DNA of 38,068 nt from an uncultured bacterium. GTDB lineage: Bacteria > Fermentibacterota > Fermentibacteria > Fermentibacterales > JCC-6. Below are positions 9,054 through 19,230 of this stretch, piece after piece. The notes beneath the pieces are model-generated. The model was not told where the DNA came from, made no database searches, and saw only the letters and a list, made by a program, of their open reading frames with translations. The stretch lies in contig CAZOQQ010000001.1 of NCBI GenBank assembly GCA_964582075.1, positions 1 to 38,068 on the forward strand. The letters are read 5' to 3'. Position numbers and translations under genes: made by a program. The number at the start of each line of letters is the position of its first letter. Position 1 is the first letter of the stretch.

Positions 9054-10448
9054 TCAGATGCCGGGAATCTGTTTCAGTTCCGGGTGATCGACAAGATAAT
9101 CAAGATAAACCCCTGGCGGGGCCATTTCAGGCAGAACTCCCTGATGAACAAGTTCTTCAAGGTTGCTCAGGATTACCCCGATTTCCGGAAACGATCGAAT
9201 ATCCCCACCGATCATTTTCATCAGCGTATTCCCAAGATCTCCGGGAAGTACCCGCCTTCCGGTATTACGCGTAAGCACGGTAAGCCTCCGGCGGAGTTCC
9301 TGCATTCGCATTGCACCGTCGGAAGCGTACGGTTCCGCGTGGGCGGCAATATCCGCGGCAGCAAGGCTCAGTAGAGGTTCAAGGTATTCCCCGGACTCCA
9401 GAGCAAGTTTCCTCACGGCTCTCCCGGACCATTCGCTACTGTACAGAACGGGTCTCATGTGGTTTTTTACCAGGAAAGACACACACTTCTTTTCCTTTTT
9501 CGAAAACCTGAACCTCTCGGCGGTTTCGACCGCTAAAACGGCTCCGGCCTTCTCATGTCCGTAAAAATGAGCATTCCCGTCGTTATCAACCGTTCTGCAC
9601 GATGGTTTACCGGTATCGTGCAGAAGTGCTGCCCAGCGAAGGCAGGTACTGCCGGCGGAAGTGTTTTCAACAACATCAAGAGTGTGATTCCAGATATCTC
9701 CGTAATGAGCCCTTCCCTGGGATATTCCCTCCTGCTGAAATACCGGGACAAGAGCGGGAATCAGTGTTTCAAGAATACCCGTCTCCTTCATCAGGCGCAG
9801 GGTTCCCGAAACGTTTTTCCCCGGGTCTGACGACAGCAGAGAATCCATCTCCATTTTCCACCGTTCTCTGGAAATATCCAGAATCGCTGCATGCTGTAGC
9901 TTAATTGCCTCAACAGCGCTCTTCTCAATAACGAACCCGAGGCGGCAGGCAAAACGGAAAGCCCGCAGCATGCGAAGCGGGTCTTCCCTGAAGGTCTGCT
10001 CCGGATCAAGCGGGGTTCTGATTATGCCATCCCTTAAATCCTTGCGCCCCCCCAGAGGATCAATAACGTTGCCATCCCTGTCCATCGCCATCGCGTTTAC
10101 GGTAAAGTCACGCCTTGCAAGATCTTCTTCAAGATCATTTCCAAATACTACTTCAGGATGCCGGGAACCCTTTCTATAGCTTTCATCGCATCTGTAAGTA
10201 GTGATCTGTACCTCAACAGGACCGTTATCACCCTTACGCACAGCGGCAACGGTACCGAATTTCATTCCCGTAAGGACGGTTCTGAAACCGCTGGATTCAA
10301 GAATCTCCTGAGTAACCTCGGGTCTGGCGCTTGTAGCGAAATCGTAGTCACCGGTATTCCGCTCAAGTAACCGATCCCTCACGTAACCGCCTACCAGATA
10401 GAGCTCCTCCCCTTTCAGGCTGAACGATTCAAACAGCTCCTCAAACAA
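9054..10448 (-). CDS. cca: CCA tRNA nucleotidyltransferase (class II, with HD domain)
   Basis: LYLVGGYVRDRLL...GDYDFAT head domain, RDFTVNAMA, EDPLRMLRAFRFA, and an HD domain ALLHDTGKP. Confidence 0.85.
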   Translation of the reverse strand: MFEELFESFSLKGEELYLVGGYVRDRLLERNTGDYDFATSARPEVTQEILESSGFRTVLTGMKFGTVAAVRKGDNGPVEVQITTYRCDESYRKGSRHPEVVFGNDLEEDLARRDFTVNAMAMDRDGNVIDPLGGRKDLRDGIIRTPLDPEQTFREDPLRMLRAFRFACRLGFVIEKSAVEAIKLQHAAILDISRERWKMEMDSLLSSDPGKNVSGTLRLMKETGILETLIPALVPVFQQEGISQGRAHYGDIWNHTLDVVENTSAGSTCLRWAALLHDTGKPSCRTVDNDGNAHFYGHEKAGAVLAVETAERFRFSKKEKKCVSFLVKNHMRPVLYSSEWSGRAVRKLALESGEYLEPLLSLAAADIAAHAEPYASDGAMRMQELRRRLTVLTRNTGRRVLPGDLGNTLMKMIGGDIRSFPEIGVILSNLEELVHQGVLPEMAPPGVYLDYLVDHPELKQIPGI

Positions 10449-10529
10449 TATCTCACCTCGATATAACAGAGTACAAAATTTATTATCACCGTTACCGGAT
10501 TATAAGAAAATGTTTATCTTCCGGAGAAC

Positions 10530-11543
10530 ATGAAAGGAACTGATTTGTCGGTACGTTCGATTGTATGGAAACAGGTAAGGGAAGCCGCCGGGATAAGCTT
10601 TATCCTTTTCAGGATAATGATTCCGGTTGTTCTGGCTGTTAAAATCCTCAGTGAACTGGGCCTGGTCAAATACATAGCTGCCGCCTTCGCGCCGGTAATG
10701 AATTTAGCGGGTCTGCCCGGCGAAATGGGGCTCGTGTGGGCAACAGCGATAGTAACCAACATGTACGGCGGTATTGTACTGTTCGCCTCAATCGCCCCCG
10801 GTCTTCATATGTCAACAGCCCAGATAACGATTATTGCCAGCATGATCCTTGTGGCTCACGCCATACCCGTTGAAGCCACTATCACCGGAAAGACCGGCGT
10901 GAGGTTACGGTTCATGATTCCGTTCAGGCTTCTCTGCGCGTTTCTCTTTGGTTTCCTGCTGCATTGTCTTTACTCCATCGGAAATTTCCTGCAGGAGGAA
11001 GGACGGATTCTCTGGGAAGCCTCTCCGGTAAGTGACAGCCTTGCTTCATGGGGTCTTGCGCAGCTACAGAACCTGCTGAGAATATTCATTATAGTGTTTC
11101 TGCTTGTCATCCTTCTGAAAATTCTGGACAGACTCGGCATAACAGGGCTCATGAACAGAATCCTTGAACCTGTGCTTACTTCGATGGGTATCGGAAAATC
11201 CGCTTCCACCATTACAATAATCGGTATGGTTCTTGGCATCTCTTACGGAGGAGGTTTGATTATCCGTGATGTTAACCTAGGCAGGATATCCGGCAGGGAT
11301 GTGTTCTTCTCCGTTTCTCTCATGGGTCTTCTGCATTCCATTATTGAGGATACGATTCTGATGATGTCCCTCGGGGGAAATATTACCGGAGTGCTTTTCG
11401 CGAGGATAGCATTCACCGGGTTTATTATCTTATTGCTTGTACGCCTTATCGGTAAAATATCGGATGCAGCTTTTTACAAATACTTCTTCAAGCCCCACCC
11501 CCGGAATAATCTTCCCGGAGAGATCGCTTCAGATGCCGGGTGA
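10530..11543 (+). CDS. Nucleoside-recognition (Gate) domain membrane protein
   Basis: 337 aa, polytopic. Two Gate-like halves with AAAFAPVMNLAGLPGEMGLVWATAIVTNMYGG and LEPVLTSMGIGKSASTITIIGMVLGISYGGG. Confidence 0.7.
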   Translation: MKGTDLSVRSIVWKQVREAAGISFILFRIMIPVVLAVKILSELGLVKYIAAAFAPVMNLAGLPGEMGLVWATAIVTNMYGGIVLFASIAPGLHMSTAQITIIASMILVAHAIPVEATITGKTGVRLRFMIPFRLLCAFLFGFLLHCLYSIGNFLQEEGRILWEASPVSDSLASWGLAQLQNLLRIFIIVFLLVILLKILDRLGITGLMNRILEPVLTSMGIGKSASTITIIGMVLGISYGGGLIIRDVNLGRISGRDVFFSVSLMGLLHSIIEDTILMMSLGGNITGVLFARIAFTGFIILLLVRLIGKISDAAFYKYFFKPHPRNNLPGEIASDAG

Positions 11544-11919
11544 AAGTAATGAATCGGTTCAACCGGTAAAAGGTCCGACGATTCGTGCCGGAGCGTGCAG
11601 ATTCGCAGCGTGCGGTTATCGGCTGCTGCCGGAACAGGATCACATGGAAGCCCTGTCAAAGCTGATCCGCGTCTGTCATATGCGTAAAGCCAGCCATATA
11701 AGCTGGGCCTGCATACTTTCCGGAAACGGCAGAATAAACGAAAAGAAAGGTGACGGAGGCGAAAGTGGCGCCGGAAACGTTATCCTCAACGTTCTGCGGA
11801 AATCCTCCTCAAAGAACGTCCTTATCGCGGTCGCGAGATGGTACGGGGGAAAACACCTCGGGGGGCTTCGTTTCCGTATTTACAGCAGACTCACATCCGA
11901 AACGCTGAAAATACTCTAA
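11533..11919 (+). CDS. YigZ/IMPACT-family protein, N-terminal UPF0029 domain only
   Basis: Aligns by eye to E. coli YigZ blocks: RFAA (SRFI), ASHISWAC (ARHHCVAW), GDGGESGAGNVILNVL (DDGEPAGTAGKPML), AVARWYGGKHLGG (VVVRYYGGILLG). The ATG at 11533 overlaps the upstream stop by 11 nt. No DUF1949-like C-terminal domain. The start codon is uncertain. Confidence 0.6.
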   Translation: MPGESNESVQPVKGPTIRAGACRFAACGYRLLPEQDHMEALSKLIRVCHMRKASHISWACILSGNGRINEKKGDGGESGAGNVILNVLRKSSSKNVLIAVARWYGGKHLGGLRFRIYSRLTSETLKIL

Positions 11920-11946
11920 ACAACTGTTCCCGGGATATCCGTTTTT

Positions 11947-13182
11947 TCAGGGTGTGCCGTTTCTATCTTTCTTCTTCTGCAGAAACAGCTGGCTTCTCGA
12001 GATTCTGATAACATTCCTCCAGAACGGTCCGCTGTTCTCATCATCAAGAAGCTGTCTGGCATAAGTGATCACCGCCATCCAGAGAAGAGAAAGCAGGAAA
12101 GCGATTGCACTATACTTGATCACGGTTATTCCCCGTTTTGGATAGGATCGGAGGGCGGAAGGAACGGCGGGTGAAAGAACTTCAATTGATGGACTGTCTT
12201 TCGCTTCTTCAAGTTTCAGAGATTCAAGCTCCTGCCTTATCAACAGGTATACCGCCCGCCTGGTCTCCACGTCGATGGCAATATTCTCGTACTCCTTCAG
12301 CATGGCAGGCATGCTGTCCAGTCCGGGGAAATAGCTTACGCTGTCACCCGCAGCCCTGTCCATCGTGCTGCTCCTGAGAGAAGCGACCCTTCGGGCTATT
12401 TCAGAATATACCGGGCTGGATGATGACATCGTTCCGCTGACTCCCGCAAGATCGGCTTCGGCCAGAAGCAGTTCTGTTTCAAGAGAACTCAGCAGGTTCA
12501 TGGTTTGAACGCCCTGTTCTTCGGGAAACAGAAGCCCGGTTTCCTCCCGGAACTGTTCCATCCGGTCCTGCGCCACCGCAAGAGATTCAGAGGCCTCCGC
12601 AAAGTACTCCTCTGCTGCGATTCTGCTTCTTCTCGCTCTGCTCGTTATTATCGTTGAAAGCTCCTCATTGGCAAATTCTACGATATCATTCACCATGGCA
12701 GCTGCCTTTTCCCTGTTGTCAGCCTCGACCGATACGATAAAAAACCCTTCGGCCGTAAGAAGCACGGAGGAACTTTTCCGGAATTTCAACAGCGCGTCAT
12801 CCATCGTGGGAACTTTGTACTCCGCGAGAAGATGATATTTGAAGATCACCCGTTCAGAAACCGTTCTGGAAATAAGAACCTGGTAAACAAGATTCATATC
12901 CGGGACATTCGCCTGCCCCATACCCAGAATACTCCCCGGACCTCCCATCTTACCGGATAACAGACTGCCCGCCAGTCCGCCGATTCCTGACAGACCAGCC
13001 ATCGACTGCTGTCCTCCCGGAACAACGGTAAGCGCTGAGACTGTCCAGAGTTGCTTCCTGGTAAGCATCCAGACTGAGGTCGCAAGCGCTATTACAAAAC
13101 AGAACACCATTATTCTGCGCAGGTTTATCACTATGGAATGCAGCCATCTGCCGGCAAAGGAATTTTCTATATTGTTTTCCAT
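11947..13182 (-). CDS. wzz: Polysaccharide co-polymerase / chain-length determinant (Wzz/GumC-like, no kinase domain)
   Basis: 411 aa with an N-terminal TM (VFCFVIALATSVWML) and a C-terminal TM (AIAFLLSLLWMAVITY). These flank a long helical periplasmic region. It is the last gene of the glycan locus. Confidence 0.7.
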   Translation of the reverse strand: MENNIENSFAGRWLHSIVINLRRIMVFCFVIALATSVWMLTRKQLWTVSALTVVPGGQQSMAGLSGIGGLAGSLLSGKMGGPGSILGMGQANVPDMNLVYQVLISRTVSERVIFKYHLLAEYKVPTMDDALLKFRKSSSVLLTAEGFFIVSVEADNREKAAAMVNDIVEFANEELSTIITSRARRSRIAAEEYFAEASESLAVAQDRMEQFREETGLLFPEEQGVQTMNLLSSLETELLLAEADLAGVSGTMSSSSPVYSEIARRVASLRSSTMDRAAGDSVSYFPGLDSMPAMLKEYENIAIDVETRRAVYLLIRQELESLKLEEAKDSPSIEVLSPAVPSALRSYPKRGITVIKYSAIAFLLSLLWMAVITYARQLLDDENSGPFWRNVIRISRSQLFLQKKKDRNGTP

Positions 13183-13191
13183 GAATCCATT

Positions 13192-14325
13192 CTAACGATT
13201 GATCGCGTATATTGTTAAACCGATTGAAATTGCCGATGTAATCGCAGTAATCATCGCTGAATTCCTGCTGAACCAGCTGTATTTAACTTCGATGGCGTCT
13301 CCTGGAAGAAGACGGGCATTTTCAACATTCCCATCGAGTTTCCGGCCATTTCTCTGAACTACAATAGTGTTGCCCGCGGTATTTACGGCTCCACCTGCCG
13401 CGATAACATAATCCGGAATCGTACCGGAGGGATCGTACTGCACGGGACCGGGAAGATTAACCGCTCCTCCCACCACGATGGAGTCACTGAACATCACAAG
13501 GATCAACGTATCCCCTGGAACAAGCTCTACGTCCGAAAAACCCGTTTCATGGTTCCAGACCGGAATCATGGTTTCATCCCTTACTATTCTGCAGTCGGGA
13601 AGGTCAAGATTACCCGTAACTCCGCCCATTCGGGCCAGCAGTGATTCGAACTGCTCGCCCGGCAGCAGCTCGCGGGTTTCCAGAGCATTTTCATTACTGA
13701 GAATATAAACAGGATTTCTGCATACATCGATAATAATACCTGCATTATTGGTAAGGAACGGGTCGGAAACGAAAGATACGCTTTCCCCGTTTACATTCAA
13801 GTTAATGTGGATCGTATCTCCATCCTCCGTAAACATCGTTCCCTCTCGTGATCCTAACGTTGAAATACCTCCCGCTGACAGAACAGCATCCGAAACCCTG
13901 TTCAGAGCCGTCAATAAGTAAATTCCAGGTTGATTTACCATGCCTCCGACACTGACCCTCAGTTTTCTTGGCTTAACCAGAGAAAGCGTAACATGAATCG
14001 AAGGGTAGTAGCCGGACGCTATTCTCTGAAGCAACTGTTGAGCTTCATCAACAGTTAATCCGCTCACATTCAGCGCACCAATTCCGGATACCGACAGGTA
14101 GCCATCTCCCCCTATCGTGTATTCCATCCACGGGGAAACACCTGCGCTCAAAAGAACCTGACTTGACCCTCCTTCAACGACAACGGTCACAATATCGCCA
14201 GGACCAAGAGTATACGTGGTTCTGTCCGCGAGTTCAAAAACAGTAGATTCGGGAACTTCCATCCCCGGCGACGCTACCGGCAAAGATATGCTTCCCAGAA
14301 CCGCAAGCAGCATTGCTGTCAGCAT
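13192..14325 (-). CDS. wza: Polysaccharide export protein (Wza-like: Poly_export plus SLBB domains)
   Basis: Signal peptide, a YTLGPGDIVTVVV Poly_export motif, repeated SLBB-like blocks (VSVGGMVNQPGIYLL, IVVGGAVNLPGPVQY) and a hydrophobic C-terminal helix. Confidence 0.75.
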   Translation of the reverse strand: MLTAMLLAVLGSISLPVASPGMEVPESTVFELADRTTYTLGPGDIVTVVVEGGSSQVLLSAGVSPWMEYTIGGDGYLSVSGIGALNVSGLTVDEAQQLLQRIASGYYPSIHVTLSLVKPRKLRVSVGGMVNQPGIYLLTALNRVSDAVLSAGGISTLGSREGTMFTEDGDTIHINLNVNGESVSFVSDPFLTNNAGIIIDVCRNPVYILSNENALETRELLPGEQFESLLARMGGVTGNLDLPDCRIVRDETMIPVWNHETGFSDVELVPGDTLILVMFSDSIVVGGAVNLPGPVQYDPSGTIPDYVIAAGGAVNTAGNTIVVQRNGRKLDGNVENARLLPGDAIEVKYSWFSRNSAMITAITSAISIGLTIYAINR

Positions 14326-14352
14326 GACAAACCTGTTTTCATCGAACTACTC

Positions 14353-15285
14353 TCAACGCATTTTATTTCTGAAATACTCAATGGTACTATCCATTCCCTG
14401 CCCGAGTCCAACAAGCGGCTTCCATCCCAGCTTCTCCTTTGCAAGAGAAATGTCCGGCTTTCTTACCTTCGGGTCGTCTTCAGGCAAATCTCTGTGAACA
14501 ATCGAACTGCTAGTATCAATGCGTTCAAGCACAAATTCAGCGAATTCCCCGATAGTCATCTCCAATGGATTACCTATATTCACAGGACCCGCGAAATCGG
14601 ATTCCATTAAACGCACAAGACCGTCAACCGTATCGGAAATATAACTGAAACTCCTGGTTTGTCTGCCATCTCCAAAAATCGTGAGGTTTTTGCCGGAAAG
14701 CGCCTGGGAAATGAAAGTGGGGACTACGCGTCCGTCATCGGCTCTCATTCTTGGTCCGTACGTATTGAAAATTCTGGCTACCTTAGTGTCAAGACCATGG
14801 AATCTTCTATACGCGTAAGTTATCGCTTCCGCGAATCTTTTGGCTTCATCGTATACGCCCCTCGGCCCCACCGGGTTAACGTTACCCCAGTAATCCTCCG
14901 ACTGAGGATGAACAAGCGGATCTCCGTATACCTCACTTGTCGAGGCAAGGACAAACCCTGCATTCTTCGCCAGAGCGAGACCCAGGGTTTTATGTGTACC
15001 GAGTGACCCGACCTTAAGGGTTTGAATAGGGTAGGTGAGATAATCCACGGGGCTTGCCGGTGAAGCGAGATGAAAAATAAAATCCAGCTCTCCCTGCACG
15101 AAAATGTAATTGGTTACATCATGATGAATAAACGTAAAATCATCCCGACCCGCGAGATGAGCGATATTATCCGTTGTTCCCGTAAGCAGGTTATCCATGG
15201 CAAGCACTTCATGACCGTCTTTCAGAAGTCTTTCACAAAGATGGCTCCCGATGAAACCGGCACCACCCGTTACAAGAATCCTCAT
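14353..15285 (-). CDS. uxs: UDP-glucuronate decarboxylase (UDP-xylose synthase)
   Basis: [58 protein letters not shown] (YxxxK), [28 protein letters not shown] overlap with rfbB (15282-15285). Confidence 0.85.
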   Translation of the reverse strand: MRILVTGGAGFIGSHLCERLLKDGHEVLAMDNLLTGTTDNIAHLAGRDDFTFIHHDVTNYIFVQGELDFIFHLASPASPVDYLTYPIQTLKVGSLGTHKTLGLALAKNAGFVLASTSEVYGDPLVHPQSEDYWGNVNPVGPRGVYDEAKRFAEAITYAYRRFHGLDTKVARIFNTYGPRMRADDGRVVPTFISQALSGKNLTIFGDGRQTRSFSYISDTVDGLVRLMESDFAGPVNIGNPLEMTIGEFAEFVLERIDTSSSIVHRDLPEDDPKVRKPDISLAKEKLGWKPLVGLGQGMDSTIEYFRNKMR

Positions 15286-16307
15286 AAACTCTCCCTGGAG
15301 CTTTCCAGTCTGTCCGCGTACATTGAGCGGTAGTACTCCCTGAATTCACCTGATTTGATACCCTGCCACCAGGCACGGTTTTTCATGTACCAGTCCGCGG
15401 CCTTTCTTAAACCATCTTCGAAGTCTGTTTCAGCCTTCCAGCCGATTTCATTACGGATCCTGTTTACATTCAATGCGTAACGTCTGTCATGGCCGGGACG
15501 GTCTTCAACGTACCTCACAAGGTCTTCCCCTGCACCGGTCATCTTAAGTATGAAAGAAGTAATATCCCTGTTCGTGTATTCCTGTCCGGCGCCTATATTG
15601 TAAATTTTGCCCGGTTCGGATTTTTCCAGTATCATGATAAGAGCCCTGCAGTGATCTTCAACGAACAACCAGTCCCTCCGGTTCAGACCATCTCCGTACA
15701 AAGGAAGTTGTTCACCATCCAAAGCGTTCGTGATAAACAGAGGAATCAGTTTTTCCGGGTATTGGAAAGGACCGTAATTATTGGAAGCCCTGGTAACGGT
15801 AACAGGTATCCCGTACGTGGTCCAGTAGCTCATTGCCAGAAGTTCGCCACCGGCTTTCGATGCCGCGTAGGGACTTCTTGGAGCAAGCTGATCGGTTTCA
15901 AGGGAAGTGCCACTTTCCACGCTGCCGTACACTTCATCGGTCGAAATCTGCAGAAAGAGGTGCCTGTTTCCCCTTCGGAAGGCTTCCAGCAGCACCCTGA
16001 CACCTTCCATATCCGTTCTGACGAAAGAGGCAGAATCATCAATGGATCTGTCAACATGGGTTTCCGCTGCAAAATTAACGACCGCGTCGCACCCTTCGAT
16101 AGCCTCGGATACCGGGAGTTCATCGCATATATCCCCATGCACGAATCTGAAACGAGGGTTACTATCAAGATCAGCAAGGTTCTCCCGTCTGCCTGCATAG
16201 GTCAGTTTGTCAAGGACGGTTATCTCCCAGTCGGGTCTGGTTTCAAGCGCTAACCTTGTGAAATTACTTCCTATAAAACCGGCTCCCCCGGTAACGAGTA
16301 ATCTCAT
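15282..16307 (-). CDS. rfbB: dTDP-glucose 4,6-dehydratase
   Basis: Start taken at the internal ATG 16307 ([16 protein letters not shown]), which overlaps the rfbA stop (ATGA). [15 protein letters not shown] (YxxxK), [16 protein letters not shown]. The 22 upstream codons of the listed ORF lie inside rfbA. Confidence 0.9.
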   Translation of the reverse strand: MRLLVTGGAGFIGSNFTRLALETRPDWEITVLDKLTYAGRRENLADLDSNPRFRFVHGDICDELPVSEAIEGCDAVVNFAAETHVDRSIDDSASFVRTDMEGVRVLLEAFRRGNRHLFLQISTDEVYGSVESGTSLETDQLAPRSPYAASKAGGELLAMSYWTTYGIPVTVTRASNNYGPFQYPEKLIPLFITNALDGEQLPLYGDGLNRRDWLFVEDHCRALIMILEKSEPGKIYNIGAGQEYTNRDITSFILKMTGAGEDLVRYVEDRPGHDRRYALNVNRIRNEIGWKAETDFEDGLRKAADWYMKNRAWWQGIKSGEFREYYRSMYADRLESSRESL

Positions 16308-17038
16308 ATTGTAATTCCTTCCCGGAGCTTTCTCGCCATTATCCCGGCCTGCAGCAAACCGTCGATACTGCATCCGGAATCAGCCCACCATCCTTCGATG
16401 ATATCGGCATGGAGTCTGTTTTCCTTAAGGTAGGCATTGTTGATATCGGTAACTTCAAGCTCACCTCTGGCAGACGGTTTGAGGTTATCGATTACTTCAA
16501 ATACAAAACTGTCGAACATGTAAACACCTATTACCGCGTAACTGCTCCTGGGATTCCGGGGTTTCTCCTCGATGGAAATTACCCTGTTTCCGTCCAGTTC
16601 AGCCACTCCGTAATCCCTGGGATTATCAACTTGCTTCAGCAGTATCCTGGCTCCGCCATCCTGTTTTTCAAACGCTGTTACTTTATCCGAAAGTGAATCT
16701 TCAAGAATATTATCACCAAGAATTACTACGAATTTTTCTCCACCGACAAAGGTTCTTGTAAGGCCGATTGCCTCGGCAATTCCGCCCTCATTCACCTGGT
16801 AGGCATAGTTCAGAGTATCCAGCCCGAAGTCCGATCCATCCCCCAGCAGCCTGAGAAAATCTCCCGCGCTGTTACCGCCCGTAACCAGCATGACATCTTT
16901 TATCCCGGCTTCAGCCAGTTTCTGCAGCGGATAGAAGATCATGGGCTGGTCGTAAACTGGTAACAGATGTTTATTTGTTATACTTGTAAGGGGTCGGAGT
17001 CGTGTACCGAGCCCCCCCGCGAGCACCACGCCTTTCAT
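16304..17038 (-). CDS. rfbA: Glucose-1-phosphate thymidylyltransferase, short form (sugar-1-P nucleotidyltransferase)
   Basis: MKGVVLAGGLGTRLRPLTSITNKHLLPVYDQPMIFYPL. 244 aa. GGAAGGA RBS 7 nt upstream. Confidence 0.8.
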   Translation of the reverse strand: MKGVVLAGGLGTRLRPLTSITNKHLLPVYDQPMIFYPLQKLAEAGIKDVMLVTGGNSAGDFLRLLGDGSDFGLDTLNYAYQVNEGGIAEAIGLTRTFVGGEKFVVILGDNILEDSLSDKVTAFEKQDGGARILLKQVDNPRDYGVAELDGNRVISIEEKPRNPRSSYAVIGVYMFDSFVFEVIDNLKPSARGELEVTDINNAYLKENRLHADIIEGWWADSGCSIDGLLQAGIMARKLREGITI

Positions 17039-17055
17039 GTCCGATCCTTCCGGTT

Positions 17056-19230
17056 CTATCGTACAACAGCAAGCTTCTGAAACCTGTCATTACCATTTTG
17101 CGTTAGCCGGACAACATAGGTACCCGAAGCCACCGGGTTTCCATCGAGATCGCGGCCATCCCAGGAAAATGTATCCCTGTATTGCGACAGGGACACATAA
17201 ACAAGTTTTCCCGTCAGGTCAAACAGGTGTATATCGAACATATCGTCCGGCAGACCGGCCACGCCAAGTATCTGTCCTCCTCCGGGGATAAACGGATTCG
17301 GATAAACTGTGGCGGTTTCAAGACTGCCATTCATGCCCTGCTCAAGAGTCAGTTTCCATAAACCGTTATCCGTTACAACGTAAAGATACCCGTTTTCGAA
17401 GTCACAGGCAGCGTTTCTGATATTCGTTGTCTGGAGAGGCGAGTTAAAAGTATTGTACTCCTCCACCGTTCCATCGGGATAAATCCTGTAAAGACCATCG
17501 GCGGATGCCGCCCACAGACAGGAAAGATTATCAAAACAGAGCGTGTTAATGTTTCCGCTGATCTGTTCCACCTTCGAAATGCTTTCACTTCCGGTATTCA
17601 TGTACACGAGACCACCGGTCGTGCCTATAAAGAGCCTGCCGTCCCTTGAAAGCGCGAGAGACTGAACATCCTCCGAAGGAAGGCCTTCACTTATTCCTGC
17701 CGAAGACAGTACCCGTCCCGTCTGGATATTCCCTTTAATCAGTCCCTCTTTGCTGCCCATCCAGGCTATCACTGAAGAAGATGTTGCCACTACCGATCTC
17801 ACATCTCCGGATGGAAGTCCATCGGATGGTTCAAATGTTTCCCAGGACGCAGTTTCAATTTGCCCTGGCGTCCAGGACAGTCGGCAGACACCACTGGCTT
17901 CGGTGGGAGTCTGCCAGTAAGCTTCCTGTGCAAACCATATTTTGCCCGATTCTGAAATAGCCATTTCAGTTATCTGATCGTTCAGAAGACCGCTGTTCTC
18001 CGATGTAAAGTTCAGATAAACGTCGTCGCTCCTGTCCGGTGTTCCCTTCCAGTCAAGCCACGTGACTCCATAATGCCATGGAGCAATAAACACGCCTCCG
18101 GAATTGTCCGCCAGGCAGGAAAATACCTGATCCTTGTTCGGCAGTTCACTTATGAATTCAATCCAGCCGTACTTACTGAAAACCGCGGCGCCCCTTCTGT
18201 TGGTTGCAACCCACACATCGTTCCTGGAATCCACATCAACCGAATAAAGATCGTTCGAGGGAGCGCCCCGGGGATACGATGATTTCCAGGAGTTTATGGT
18301 TCCCGTCGCCACGCCATTACCCGAAGTCCGGTTAACCGCGTAGGCAGAACTTAGTCCTAAAACAAGGCTGTCTCCGGGAATCCATCTGATTGCCTGAACA
18401 ATCTGCCCCGCAAGCCCGGATGAACCGCTGCTCCAGCCGGTTCCATCGAAAATCGCAACACTGCCTTTGTCACCTGCCGCAAGAAGCCCGTCGGACGACG
18501 CGAGGGAAACCGGATAACTGCCCGGATATGAAATGTCCTCCTGCCAGTCCTGGCCCGCTGCCAGGTAGTAAAGACCATCCGTCGAAGCGGCCCATACGGT
18601 ATCTCCCAGTATTTCAATATCCTGTACTATCAGATTCGCCGCAGAAGGGAACTTCAACCAGGAATCGAACTGTCCTGGCGGTCGATTTGCGCGAAGCATG
18701 ACAAGTCCATTTGAAGTCCCGACAAAAAGTCCGGAATCTACGGAGGCAACACAGTTAACAATATCCGAAGGTAAACCTCCTTCAGTTGTAAGTTCGGTCC
18801 AGACATTGAAATATCCAAGTTTCTTGCTGCACAGTCCCGCAGTGGTGCCAACCCACACGGTTGTATCGGGAAAAATACAGTTGATCTCAAGCGATATGGG
18901 CAGCCCCTCAAGCTGTCCGTAATGCTGAAAACCACCTGAAGCAAGGCTTACGTCAATACCCCCGCCATAGGTTCCCATCCAGAGATTCCCGGAGGAATCC
19001 ATGGCAAGACACCTGGTATCGCTGTGTGAAAGATTTCCGGGACAGGTCCAGGTTGAATCCCAGGTAATTTCGCCGGACCGAATTGAACCGAAAATAACGC
19101 CGCCGCTGGTAGCGCCTGTTACCGTTGATCCTTCCACGATGACATCGTTGACACCGCCAAAATGCGTATAATGACTCCAATCGGAAATTCTACCAGTCAG
19201 GATTACGCTGCATATCATCAGCAGAGTCAT
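17056..19230 (-). CDS. Secreted multi-blade beta-propeller protein (two-component-regulator-propeller-like repeats) with a T9SS-type/FlgD-Ig-like C-terminal domain; paralog 1
   Basis: Start placed at ATG 19230 (GGGAGG RBS; ATGA overlap with the SDR stop). N-terminal signal MTLLMICSVILTG. At least 10 repeats of the W/F-x-G/A-T/S-x-x-G-L type (LWMGTYGGGI, VWVGTTAGL, LFVGTSNGL, VWAASTDGL, LFIGTTGGL, LWAASADGL, LYVVTDNGL). C-terminus VYPNPF...FDLTGKLV...WDGRDLDGNPVASGTYVVRL...QKLAVVR. Confidence 0.8.
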   Translation of the reverse strand: MTLLMICSVILTGRISDWSHYTHFGGVNDVIVEGSTVTGATSGGVIFGSIRSGEITWDSTWTCPGNLSHSDTRCLAMDSSGNLWMGTYGGGIDVSLASGGFQHYGQLEGLPISLEINCIFPDTTVWVGTTAGLCSKKLGYFNVWTELTTEGGLPSDIVNCVASVDSGLFVGTSNGLVMLRANRPPGQFDSWLKFPSAANLIVQDIEILGDTVWAASTDGLYYLAAGQDWQEDISYPGSYPVSLASSDGLLAAGDKGSVAIFDGTGWSSGSSGLAGQIVQAIRWIPGDSLVLGLSSAYAVNRTSGNGVATGTINSWKSSYPRGAPSNDLYSVDVDSRNDVWVATNRRGAAVFSKYGWIEFISELPNKDQVFSCLADNSGGVFIAPWHYGVTWLDWKGTPDRSDDVYLNFTSENSGLLNDQITEMAISESGKIWFAQEAYWQTPTEASGVCRLSWTPGQIETASWETFEPSDGLPSGDVRSVVATSSSVIAWMGSKEGLIKGNIQTGRVLSSAGISEGLPSEDVQSLALSRDGRLFIGTTGGLVYMNTGSESISKVEQISGNINTLCFDNLSCLWAASADGLYRIYPDGTVEEYNTFNSPLQTTNIRNAACDFENGYLYVVTDNGLWKLTLEQGMNGSLETATVYPNPFIPGGGQILGVAGLPDDMFDIHLFDLTGKLVYVSLSQYRDTFSWDGRDLDGNPVASGTYVVRLTQNGNDRFQKLAVVR

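Noticed and set aside
11930-11947. CGGGATATCCG followed by TTTTTT between convergent yigZ and wzz
   Set aside because: The stem is only 3-4 bp with a 3-5-nt loop, and the T-run overlaps the wzz stop codon. This is not convincing as a terminator.
15489-16253. 254-aa ORF on the plus strand, antisense to rfbB
   Set aside because: It lies entirely inside a CDS whose minus-strand translation carries every dTDP-glucose dehydratase motif. The antisense product has no recognisable motifs, signal or RBS. Long antisense ORFs in strongly codon-biased genes are a known artefact.
16308-16373. N-terminal extensions of listed ORFs: rfbB to 16373, wzx to 22809, GT4 to 23857, propeller 1 to 19248, add from 30053, perR to 35994, ftn to 34090
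   Set aside because: In each case an internal ATG gives the canonical family N-terminus, usually with an RBS and a 1-8 nt overlap with the upstream stop. The extensions would run through the neighbouring gene or, for perR, through its likely promoter.
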